64,000 bases of DNA from an uncultured virus (IMG/VR IMGVR_UViG_3300037245_003208) (IMGVR_UViG_3300037245_003208); one strand, 5' to 3'; counted from the first letter of the stretch, positions 38,754 to 47,397 are shown. Notes: generated by a model not told the origin, from the sequence alone. Numbers and translations: made by a program.

Positions 38754-39027
38754 TTAGTCATCCTTTATATAGTTGGTGGGTGTTTAATATCTACTTACAC
38801 TGATATCATTTATTCCCTTTATTATCCAGAACTAATTTGTGATGTTCCTAAACGCAGTCAAGTATTCATTATCTGTTATTGGTGGACGGTAATTGGGGAA
38901 TATATACTTCAAGGGTATAGAAAAAAACGTGGTGGACAATCCGTTACTGTATATCATACCCCTCCCCCCATAGATAGATGGAGTGGGTGGGTATCAGGGC
39001 AACAACCCCAGGGGGTATGGCTATGCG

Positions 39028-39063
39028 AATAATAGCCCAATATACATATATTGGGCTATTATT
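39028..39063. repeat. Perfect 17-bp-arm inverted repeat
   Basis: AATAATAGCCCAATATA-CA-TATATTGGGCTATTATT. Confidence 0.95.
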
Positions 39064-39605
39064 GATTATTTGATACAAATGAAGGCAATAGTAAAGAAGG
39101 GGCTGAAAATTCTGGTGCTGTAGTCATGTGCGCTCTTATCAATTATCCCCCTGAGTGCATTGTTATGCAATGGTATGAATAAACACAATAGTAAGCTGAT
39201 ATGGTATGTATATAGTTAGATTGATTGTATAGGAGTACATAAGCAAGTAAGAAACTTTATATACAATAGATATGTATAATAGATATACATATGATAAGGA
39301 GTTACTAAGAACCTATTTAGATAGGTAGAAAAGAATATTATATATTATTATAGTACATGGTAGGGGTAATATAATTAAATTGATTATGGATAGCTTTATA
39401 TTGATTTTAGTTATTGTTAATTACTTTATGTTCTAATTATGTTTTTTTTTATTTGTGAATGAATTTGTTAATATATTTTTTTATAAATAGGATTTAAGAG
39501 GAGTAAATTTTTATAAGGCAATGTGATTCGTTTTTTGTGGGGTTATGGTGGTATGGCATGACAGTGGTAGGCAATGAATGTAAATGATGCCGTGTGGTGA
39601 TGGTG

Positions 39606-39767
39606 TTACTTAGCTGTGAATAAATGTTTCATATCATTGTATACGTTGTTAATAATTTCTTCTTGTGCTTCAGGTGTGAAAGAATCAAAGTCAGGTTCAA
39701 TGTTCTTAATGATGGTGGTTGCAATAGTGTTCTTGATTGTTTGTTCCTGAGTAAGTTGTTTTTCCAT
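39606..39767 (-). CDS. 53-aa hypothetical protein
   Basis: Hand-translated MEKQLTQEQTIK...LFTAK; AAGGA RBS. Confidence 0.6.
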   Translation of the reverse strand: MEKQLTQEQTIKNTIATTIIKNIEPDFDSFTPEAQEEIINNVYNDMKHLFTAK

Positions 39768-39787
39768 TTTGTGTTTCCTTTGTTTGT

Positions 39788-39807
39788 GGGGAGTTTTTAC
39801 ACTCCCC
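39788..39807. terminator. Intergenic hairpin
   Basis: GGGGAGT-n6-ACTCCCC between small genes. Confidence 0.5.
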
Positions 39808-39814
39808 TTTATTT

Positions 39815-39970
39815 TTATAAATTTTCAAAATCTTCCATATCTTGCAATGTTATTGTTATTTTGTCTTTTCTGCTTGCTCGTTCTTTTTTAGTTTTTTCAA
39901 GTCCCGCTAAAAATGATTCAACTTTTTTCTGTTCTTTTTTATTGAAGATGTTTTTAATTTTTTTAATCAT
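39815..39970 (-). CDS. 51-aa basic hypothetical protein
   Basis: Hand-translated MIKKIKNIFN...DFENL; AAGGA RBS. Confidence 0.55.
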   Translation of the reverse strand: MIKKIKNIFNKKEQKKVESFLAGLEKTKKERASRKDKITITLQDMEDFENL

Positions 39971-40210
39971 TTTATTTTCCTTTTTAATTTGTTTTTGATT
40001 TAATTTATTTATGCGGGTTTTTTAAAAAAGATGCAAATAAAAAGTTGTCATTTGTTAATTATTTTTTAAAAGTGAGTAAAAAGAAGATTGTAAAAAATAA
40101 CCGGGATTACATAAAAATGATATCTTTTGAGTGGATTTTGAATAATTAATTTATTTTTCACGATTTTATTTTTCAGATTTGAAAAGAGGTAAAAATAAGT
40201 TTTTTATGTC

Positions 40211-40243
40211 AAAAGAGAGCTTATTTTTAGTAAGCTCTCTTTT
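40211..40243 (-). terminator. Intrinsic (bidirectional-type) terminator
   Basis: AAAAGAGAGCTTA/TAAGCTCTCTTTT, just downstream of the minus-strand gene ending at 40249. Confidence 0.75.
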
Positions 40244-40248
40244 AAAAA

Positions 40249-40431
40249 TTATGAAAACGAGTAAAAAGAAGTATTATATTCTTGAAACTGTTTAGCTCTC
40301 TTTTTTCTGCAATGCTTATAAAGCCTGCCTGACATAAAAACAGCATAAAAAGAAAAGTGAGGTAAATTAAGTTCCTGTATCCTGATTTCATACCATTTTA
40401 AAACTTTATAGTTTATTCTTATTGTTGCCAC
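40249..40431 (-). CDS. Hypothetical basic protein
   Basis: GTG start after a GAGAGG RBS, within the track ORF. Confidence 0.55.
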   Translation of the reverse strand: MATIRINYKVLKWYEIRIQELNLPHFSFYAVFMSGRLYKHCRKKRAKQFQEYNTSFYSFS

Positions 40432-40444
40432 GTTTAAGCCCCTC

Positions 40445-40624
40445 TCATGCTGTTTTTGCAAGTGATTTAAAATGCAAGTAAATAGCCCTTAATAGATAAG
40501 TAAATTTATCCTGTTTTTTGTAATTGTTCCATTTTAGTTTTTTATAATGGTGTACATTGTCCGCACTGGATAAAGCATGTATTTTAATAAATTGGTTTAA
40601 TTTTTGATCAATTCTTTTGCTCAT
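40445..40624 (-). CDS. 59-aa basic hypothetical protein
   Basis: Hand-translated MSKRIDQKLNQ...LAKTA; AGGA RBS. Confidence 0.55.
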   Translation of the reverse strand: MSKRIDQKLNQFIKIHALSSADNVHHYKKLKWNNYKKQDKFTYLLRAIYLHFKSLAKTA

Positions 40625-40626
40625 TT

Positions 40627-40815
40627 TTATAAATCCTTTTTAATTTGGTCTATTGTCTCAGACAGTGTTTTTGCAATTACATCATTAACACTTAAATAAT
40701 TACCCATTCTTATCCATAATTTCATTTCTAAAAAGCTTTTACTAAAAGATTTGAATAGCTTATATCTTACATATTTTTTACTTTTAGTATAAAACTTGAT
40801 TGTAATTTTGCTCAT
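40627..40815 (-). CDS. Hypothetical basic protein
   Basis: GGGGGTG RBS. Confidence 0.6.
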   Translation of the reverse strand: MSKITIKFYTKSKKYVRYKLFKSFSKSFLEMKLWIRMGNYLSVNDVIAKTLSETIDQIKKDL

Positions 40816-40845
40816 TTTTCACCCCCTTTTAATTTTATTTATTAA

Positions 40846-41049
40846 TTAATAACGGTCAATGTTTATGGTTGCATAATATTCAAGTAAACAACCCCATTGA
40901 GCAAGTCCTGTTACTATTGAGCGCAATATAAAAATAATGGTATGCGGTACTATTCCCAACAAATTATAATCCATTGTGTAGGTAATAACGCCGTCAAAAT
41001 AAATAATACTGAGTATTATCATTGTTAATATTATTAATACTTTTTTCAT
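40846..41049 (-). CDS. Small membrane protein
   Basis: Two hydrophobic stretches; AGGAG RBS. Confidence 0.6.
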   Translation of the reverse strand: MKKVLIILTMIILSIIYFDGVITYTMDYNLLGIVPHTIIFILRSIVTGLAQWGCLLEYYATINIDRY

Positions 41050-41097
41050 TTTTTATGGCTCCTTTCCAGGGGTTATTAGCCCCTGGGGGTTAATGAG

Positions 41098-42168
41098 TTA
41101 AATAGCAATGTCATATTTTAGATAAGTGTTATAAACGGATTTAAGCATGGTTTTATCAAAATTCTGCTTATCAAAAACAAGTTCTTTTGTTACTTGTGCA
41201 TTTTTTAATTCTGCAAAATATTTATTAATTTTTATCTGAGTTACTTTTCCATTTTTTTCATGTGCTTTATATTTTTTGCTGATTTCGTAACTCCAATGTA
41301 AATTAAAACGGTCTTGTAAATGTGCAGGATTAAAAGTAATTGAATCTTTAATATTTTGCTCACTGGTGCAAGATTGCGAATGTTTCCGCTCATGTACTTT
41401 GTGTATTTTTTCAAACAAAACTTTGATTTTTTCTTGGTCTTTTGTCTGTCCAGTTATTTCATTGTTTTTTAATAAGCGGTCAATAAACTTACTATTTGCA
41501 GCCATTTTTAATATTGGTTGCTGATAATTGATAGTTTGCGCATCATCAATTAAAAATGAAAAATCAAATTTGTGAGTCAGGTTTAAAATCTGAATATAAT
41601 TGATAAGATGATTTTTATAAATCTTGATTTTTAATATTTTAATACCTAATATTTTTGATATTTTACTCATTTTGTAATTTTTAATGAAGTAAAAAGAATA
41701 TATTTGTTTTAATAACCTGTAATCAATAACCCTTAAGTCAAGATCAATTAAAACTCTTTTGTCTAAACGTTTTATAATGTACCTATGTAAATCACAAAGT
41801 CTATGCAATGACTTAACCTGTTTTTTATCTTCAATTTGCAAATGTTCATTTTCAAGACTTTCAAAAGTTTCACTGTAACGGCCTGATTTTCTGTTTTCAT
41901 CTTTTAAACAGTCATTGAATACTTTAAATATATAAGCTTTTACATGGTTTTTATTTTCTGGATTACTTGAAAACAAAATGTTTTTAAGTTTTTGAGGTAT
42001 TCCATTTTTAATTATTTTTTCAATTGAGGTATTAACAATATCATTCATGTTTATCATTTTTTCCGTTTTTGACTCACTGTATTTTTTTGCAGTTAATAAA
42101 GTATAAAATTTTGTAATTTCTTCATTATTCAATTTTACATTTTTTATTTCAGTAATTTGTTTTTTCAT
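41098..42168 (-). CDS. ECF sigma-factor-like protein with a ~160-aa C-terminal extension
   Basis: Region-2-like KAYIFKVFNDCLKDENRK and region-4 HTH-like IYSFYFIKNYKMSKISKILGIKILKIKIYKNHLI, at ECF-like spacing. Confidence 0.65.
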   Translation of the reverse strand: MKKQITEIKNVKLNNEEITKFYTLLTAKKYSESKTEKMINMNDIVNTSIEKIIKNGIPQKLKNILFSSNPENKNHVKAYIFKVFNDCLKDENRKSGRYSETFESLENEHLQIEDKKQVKSLHRLCDLHRYIIKRLDKRVLIDLDLRVIDYRLLKQIYSFYFIKNYKMSKISKILGIKILKIKIYKNHLINYIQILNLTHKFDFSFLIDDAQTINYQQPILKMAANSKFIDRLLKNNEITGQTKDQEKIKVLFEKIHKVHERKHSQSCTSEQNIKDSITFNPAHLQDRFNLHWSYEISKKYKAHEKNGKVTQIKINKYFAELKNAQVTKELVFDKQNFDKTMLKSVYNTYLKYDIAI

Positions 42169-42376
42169 TTTTTTAATCCTTTTATTAAAGAGTTAATTGT
42201 TTTTTATTTTTGATTCTAAATAAAAGTAAGTATTTTTTGTAAAATTAACAACTATTATTTTCATTTATTTATTATTATTTTCATTTACCGAATGTTATTT
42301 ATTATTATTTATATTTTTTATTTTCGTGCAGATCATTAATTTTTAATATGTTTAAGCATGTTTTTATTTTTCAAAA

Positions 42377-42593
42377 ATCTGAAAACATACTTTTATATTT
42401 TTTCGCACGTTTACATTTTGAAAGAAGATTTTTTATATTTTAAATTTTTATATGTCAAAAATATAAAAATATCTGAAAACATACTTTTATAAATATTCGC
42501 ACGTTTCTATTTTAAGTAACGTAAAAGGCTTTTTAGATTTTAAAAAGATAAAATAAAATCTGAAAACATACTTTTTAAATTTTTCGTTCGTTT
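42377..42593. repeat. Three 36-bp direct repeats (promoter/operator-like)
   Basis: ATCTGAAAACATACTTTT-n7-TTCG(CA/TT)CGTTT starting at 42377, 42471 and 42558. Confidence 0.92.
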
Positions 42594-42609
42594 ATTTAGT
42601 AAGAACAAA

Positions 42610-43380
42610 AACAAACAGTTTTAAAAGACAACGCTCAACTATTACTGATTAAATCCCATTAATGGTTGCGCCTTGTGTTGTGGTGTGTAGTGTGCCACAC
42701 ATGACAGTATTACTGACTCACTTCCTGAGTTAACATGCTATGTAACAGGCTAAAAAGTTGATTTAATATGATATCAACCAATAGCTATGATTAACACTCA
42801 TGAAAGGTTTTAATTTCATGTTGCTGTAGTAGTTATTATTTTTCAGGTTCTGCAATGGATTTCATTTACCTGTTTAATATACAAAGCATTGAAACAACTA
42901 TTATCTAATACATGCACGTTTAAAAATTGCTATGATTGCACTAATAATGCAACCGTTAACAGTGTAATGAACTGTAATTTGAACTGTTAACAATAATCAA
43001 TTTATTCTATTTAATTTATTTAAATTGGTTATATGAATCAGATTACTAAGCAAGTGTTAAAAATAATAAATAGTTTTTAACAAAAACAATCTATATAATA
43101 AGGATATTGCATACTGTAATTATATGGATTTAAAACTTTAAAAAGTATGCAACAAAGATATATTTAAAGTCGTAAATTTAGATATGCTTTAATATTGCAA
43201 TTTCTCACCCCGCCTGCATTGTGTGACCAATCCAGGCACGGGAAATAATGAGAAATTTTTGCATTCAGATTAATGGGATTGCGAATAGCGGTATTATGGC
43301 AATGACAATCTTTATTGACTTTAAAACGTTTCTGCAAATAGCAGTAATCTTGCGATTTTAGATTTTAAATATATCTTTCT
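42610..43380 (+). ncRNA. Putative large ornate structured RNA (~770 nt)
   Basis: ORF-free in the track. More than 12 nested helices plus long-range pairings 42652-63/43269-80, 42791-98/43053-60 and 43154-68/43364-78. G-U pairs favour the + strand. Confidence 0.75.
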
Positions 43381-43423
43381 ATTCTTTTTAGTTTCCATTT
43401 AAACCCATAAATGGAGAAAAATC

Positions 43424-43585
43424 ATGAAAAATAAAATAGGAATGAAAATTTTCAGATTATTAAATAAACCTGAAAACAGAAATATTGTTGTGGATATTTG
43501 TTTCATTAAATATCCATTTATTTTCCTATATGACTTTGGTACACAGAAATATGAAAGTGTTGCCATTGCCACATTGAATGTTTAG
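43424..43585 (+). CDS. 53-aa hypothetical protein
   Basis: Hand-translated MKNKIGMKIF...ATLNV; its GGAG RBS overlaps a hairpin at 43394-43415. Confidence 0.55.
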   Translation: MKNKIGMKIFRLLNKPENRNIVVDICFIKYPFIFLYDFGTQKYESVAIATLNV

Positions 43586-43645
43586 AAATTAAGCCCTTAT
43601 GGGCTTAAATGGTAACTAAAAAATAAAACAAATAGGAGAAATATC

Positions 43646-44491
43646 ATGGAATTTTCAATAGTAAAAAGAACTGATATTAACTATAGTGACAGCCAACCCA
43701 GGCAAGTTTTTGATAAAAAAGAAATTGCACAAATGGCTAAATCCATGGGAACCCGTGGATTTCGTGGAGCTGTTAAAATCAACAAAAAAGGCATGGTTCT
43801 TATTGGTGGTGCTCGTAGACTTGCGGCTGCTGAGATTGCAAAAATAACAGATATCCCTGCATTAATATTTGATGATATTAAGGATGAGAAATCATTATTC
43901 ATGGAACAAATTGCAGACAATTCAAACAGAGTTAATCTGACATTGCAGGAAACTCTTGATGCGTATACCAGGGGAATTGAACTTGGTTCAACCACTGGTG
44001 AACTTGCAGCATTATTGGGAAAAACAGAAGCATCTGTTAAAAAAGAATTGGCATGGTTAAGTTTACCTAAAGATGTAATCAAAGCGGTTGATACTGGTAG
44101 TTTCCCCCGTGCTGGACTTGCAGAAATTGTGAAATTCCCAGCTAATAAAGTGGAAAAAGCTTTCGCAAAAGCTGCTAAAGGTACTAATGTCAAAGAAATT
44201 TCTGGAATTCTTAAGAACTACTCAAAAGATCTTTCAGAGTCCAAAAAGAAGAAAGCAGAATTAAAGAAGGAAACACCTACAGCAGCAGAAAAACGTGAAA
44301 CAAAAGCAGCCAACACCAAAAAGCGTCAAGCCTGGACTACAGCACATGCCAAAATTACAGGATTTGAAAATCTTCCTACTGCATTTGGTAAGGCTGACAT
44401 TGGGAAATTCGCAGACGAATTGAAAGCATCTGCTAAAATACTTCAGGACATGATCGTGGAAATGGAAGCAAGAAAAGCAGAATTAAAATAA
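43646..44491 (+). CDS. parB: ParB/Spo0J-like protein
   Basis: QPRQVF, LIGGARRLAAA, DNSNRVNL and an HTH (ELAALLGKTEASV). Confidence 0.88.
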   Translation: MEFSIVKRTDINYSDSQPRQVFDKKEIAQMAKSMGTRGFRGAVKINKKGMVLIGGARRLAAAEIAKITDIPALIFDDIKDEKSLFMEQIADNSNRVNLTLQETLDAYTRGIELGSTTGELAALLGKTEASVKKELAWLSLPKDVIKAVDTGSFPRAGLAEIVKFPANKVEKAFAKAAKGTNVKEISGILKNYSKDLSESKKKKAELKKETPTAAEKRETKAANTKKRQAWTTAHAKITGFENLPTAFGKADIGKFADELKASAKILQDMIVEMEARKAELK

Positions 44492-44493
44492 TA

Positions 44494-44552
44494 ATTATCA
44501 GGAAATTAAAAGCCATTAATAGAGGGTTAATGGCTTTTCGAATTTTGATAAT
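44494..44552 (+). terminator. Long hairpin after parB (terminator or RNase III-like site)
   Basis: AAAAGCCATTAA/TTAATGGCTTTT inner stem with an ATTATCA/TGATAAT outer stem. Confidence 0.6.
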
Positions 44553-44591
44553 AAATAAAGTATAAATATAATAAAAGGAGACTTTTACAAT

Positions 44592-44789
44592 ATGAGAAAA
44601 TTATTCAAATTTTCAGAAAAATCAGAAAAGAAATGTCAGGGTTGTGATACTAAATTAAAAAAGAATCTCATACACAAAAAACCTGACGCTGACAAATGTT
44701 ATAAATGTTTCATGTCTGGGAAAATGACAAATCAGCAGAAACGAAATGAAGAATTTCGTAAAATGGGCAAAGGTGTTAAAAGTGTTTGA
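44592..44789 (+). CDS. Small CxxC Zn-finger protein
   Basis: CQGC...CYKC; AGGAG RBS. Confidence 0.7.
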   Translation: MRKLFKFSEKSEKKCQGCDTKLKKNLIHKKPDADKCYKCFMSGKMTNQQKRNEEFRKMGKGVKSV

Positions 44790-44880
44790 CCGTTATTAAT
44801 TATTGATAAATAAAGTAGCAATTTGACTTTTGCGCTTATTTATGATTAAGTAATATTTTACAATACTTGAAAGGAGAAAA

Positions 44881-45108
44881 ATGGAACATGTATTTGTTTT
44901 ATACTCTCAAGCAATTTTGGATGACCATTGGAGCAAGATTTGGTATTGGAGAGACGTGACCACCTGGCTTCCTACAAAAGAAATCCTAATGATGTTATTG
45001 CGAGTATTCAAATACATTCCTGTCAGAATCTCAGAAAAATCTGAGTTCTTTCACAAAATCAGGGATGTTACTGGACACCAGCATACGCTAAAAAATAAAT
45101 TAGATTAA
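44881..45108 (+). CDS. Hypothetical protein
   Basis: AGGAG RBS; TTGACT promoter-like element upstream at ~44823. Confidence 0.6.
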   Translation: MEHVFVLYSQAILDDHWSKIWYWRDVTTWLPTKEILMMLLRVFKYIPVRISEKSEFFHKIRDVTGHQHTLKNKLD

Positions 45109-45299
45109 ATAATTAGTTACACGAACACCGCTTTTTTAGTCATAAAGATTCGTTAAATTGTACCTAAAAAAGGAGAAATATTATGAGATTGGGATTCGCA
45201 TTTTCTGAATAAAAAATCAGAATCTTAATATCCCTAAAAACAACTAAAAATACACAAACATTCGATTATACGCTTTTGATGCTTAAATATGTGAGAATT

Positions 45300-45336
45300 A
45301 AAAAGGCGCAGGACTTTATGTTTTGCGCCTTTTTTG
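45300..45336 (+). terminator. Intrinsic terminator
   Basis: AAAAAGGCGCA/TGCGCCTTTTTT. Confidence 0.7.
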
Positions 45337-45372
45337 TATTTATATATTGAGAAACTCAAAAGGAGAAATATT

Positions 45373-45444
45373 TTGAAAAACTGGTTATGGGCTGTTTATT
45401 GGTTTTTTATGATAAGTACAGTACTGTTAATTTCAGCAATTTAA
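45373..45444 (+). CDS. 23-aa hydrophobic peptide
   Basis: AAAGGAG RBS, TTG start: MKNWLWAVYWFFMISTVLLISAI. Confidence 0.5.
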   Translation: MKNWLWAVYWFFMISTVLLISAI

Positions 45445-45456
45445 GGAGACATAATT

Positions 45457-46227
45457 ATGACAAATGAAATATTTAAAGATTGGTATTGTTCTTGTGGAAA
45501 AAAATATGTTTCCAGAATTACACTGCAATCACTTAATTGTAAAAAATGCGGAAAATTTCTTTATTCTAAGAAACATAGACCAGAGTTGGGCCCTGAGGAA
45601 AGAAATTTCCAACTATATGAATATGAAAATGAAAAATTCCGTTCTGATGTTGAAATCTATCCATTTTCAGCGGAAGATTACCATTCAAACATAGCTAATA
45701 ATTTTGACACGGATGTTGCTTATCCCGTGTACGTAGCCAACTGGAACAATTTTGAGAAACTTTCAGAATACATTGAACATCACAACATTGGTCACATAGT
45801 TTGGTCTGATCAATACGCTATATGCGGGGAATGTTCTGGTGTTGTGGAAACAGATACCTGCGGAGAAAGCAACTTCAGAGTACTGGAATGTGAAATAATG
45901 TGCATGGGATGTTTAAAAGAAAACCCAGAAACAGTTATTGACTGGTGGAAAAATGAAACCACACGAGCAATTCCCTCTGATCTGATTGATGTTATTGAGA
46001 AAGAAGGGTTTAGCTGTGTTGAGAATGATGAATGTCCTATTTATGCGAGTGGGCTTCATAGAGGGGATAACGACACCCCTGAGAAAGCCTTGGAAAATCT
46101 GATAGATTCCTTAGATTACAAAACTGTTAACGATTTTTCTTGTGATTATGATTATATTTTTGCAATCACAGATTTCAACATGTTCACTGTTAATTTTACT
46201 GTAATGGTGAGAAAGATTGAGGAGTAA
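45457..46227 (+). CDS. Cys-rich acidic early protein
   Basis: Several CxxC motifs; AAGGAG RBS. Confidence 0.7.
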   Translation: MTNEIFKDWYCSCGKKYVSRITLQSLNCKKCGKFLYSKKHRPELGPEERNFQLYEYENEKFRSDVEIYPFSAEDYHSNIANNFDTDVAYPVYVANWNNFEKLSEYIEHHNIGHIVWSDQYAICGECSGVVETDTCGESNFRVLECEIMCMGCLKENPETVIDWWKNETTRAIPSDLIDVIEKEGFSCVENDECPIYASGLHRGDNDTPEKALENLIDSLDYKTVNDFSCDYDYIFAITDFNMFTVNFTVMVRKIEE

Positions 46228-46229
46228 TA

Positions 46230-46508
46230 ATGGGGCAATTAATTAAATTCCCAGAAATGGAATATTTCTATTGCGAAGAAAAAGCGCTCCAGGGATTATT
46301 AGAAATCCTGGGGGATGAAGAATCCTGCATGATTGATGCAGATATTAGAGTAAGCGGGAAAAATGATGTTCCCACAGTACTTGCACATATTAACGGCCAT
46401 ATTATTTTAACAAGTATTCTGATGTTTGATGGAAAATGGAAAACTGGATTGGCTAAAGTCCTTTTAAACAAATTTAAAAATTCAGGAATTAATTTCACAC
46501 TTCATTAA
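46230..46508 (+). CDS. Hypothetical protein
   Basis: GAGGAG RBS. Confidence 0.6.
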   Translation: MGQLIKFPEMEYFYCEEKALQGLLEILGDEESCMIDADIRVSGKNDVPTVLAHINGHIILTSILMFDGKWKTGLAKVLLNKFKNSGINFTLH

Positions 46509-46520
46509 TTAGGAGAAATT

Positions 46521-47396
46521 ATGAGATGCATAATCACTTTTACTTTACTTCTTGTATTTGGGACAATATCTTATGTAAGTGTACTTGCTTTAAGTGAGTT
46601 CCTTTCTACAGGTGCTTTGGGGTATTTTATAGGAGCAGGTTTAGAGATGGGTAAATTCACATCTATTATTTACATTCACAGAAATTGGCATAAACCAAGA
46701 AAATATTTTTATATTCCCATAGTTGTTTTAATAGCAAGTCTGACAACAGCAGAGGTTATTGGTTATCTTTCGTATAATCATATAAATTCAACATTGGATT
46801 CCAAAAGCTCAGAAAAGAAATTAATATCTCTTGATAAAGAGAAAATGTTCCTAACAAAACAGATTGAGCTTGTTGAGAAGAATTTGTCAGAACTCCCAGT
46901 TGGATTTGTTAAAAGAAAAGAAGACGCCCGCAACAAAAAAGAGTATAAGGATAAAATTTCTCGCATAACTTCTATAATGCAAAAGGAAAGAGAGCTGTTT
47001 TCTGATATGAAAACTGTAATTGCTGGTGGCCCTGTATATGCCACTGCGGAGATAATGGGTATCCAACCAGAAAATATATCAAGATTTTTCATAATCCTTC
47101 TGGTTCTTGTATGGGAGTTACTGTCAACTTACATGATAGTTGCTTTTTCAGCAGTCTGGGAGCCTGCAAAAAAAGAGCCTGAAATAAATAAACTCCCCGA
47201 AAAAAATCCAACAAGAAACGAAATATTAATTCGTTTAAAAGAGGAAAAAGGGCTTACTTCTGGACAAATAGCACAAATTACAGATCGAAAACAGATTAAA
47301 ACTGTTGAAGCTTGGATAAAAAATGAGTCTGAAATACCCATTAAGGCTTTAGAACAAATAATGAAAGTTGTTAACAGTAATAAAGAGGGGAAATAA
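46521..47396 (+). CDS. Multi-TM coiled-coil protein with a C-terminal HTH
   Basis: Three N-terminal TMs, a coiled coil, a further TM, then LTSGQIAQIT..KTVEAW. Confidence 0.65.
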   Translation: MRCIITFTLLLVFGTISYVSVLALSEFLSTGALGYFIGAGLEMGKFTSIIYIHRNWHKPRKYFYIPIVVLIASLTTAEVIGYLSYNHINSTLDSKSSEKKLISLDKEKMFLTKQIELVEKNLSELPVGFVKRKEDARNKKEYKDKISRITSIMQKERELFSDMKTVIAGGPVYATAEIMGIQPENISRFFIILLVLVWELLSTYMIVAFSAVWEPAKKEPEINKLPEKNPTRNEILIRLKEEKGLTSGQIAQITDRKQIKTVEAWIKNESEIPIKALEQIMKVVNSNKEGK

Positions 47397-47397
47397 C

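Noticed and set aside
39624..39998. 124-aa Phe-rich plus-strand ORF
   Set aside because: Antisense shadow of two small minus-strand ORFs that have RBSs.
42250..42320. TATTATTTTCATTTA tandem repeat
   Set aside because: Low-complexity sequence in an extremely AT-rich tract.
42377..42593. Mini CRISPR array
   Set aside because: Only three repeats with variable centres; the 58- and 51-nt gaps are low-complexity AT sequence; no cas genes in the window.
42610..43380. Group I or group II intron
   Set aside because: No interrupted gene, no domain V or GUGYG start. The TCAGATTACTA and AAGATATA segments only loosely resemble the R/S elements and cannot form P7.
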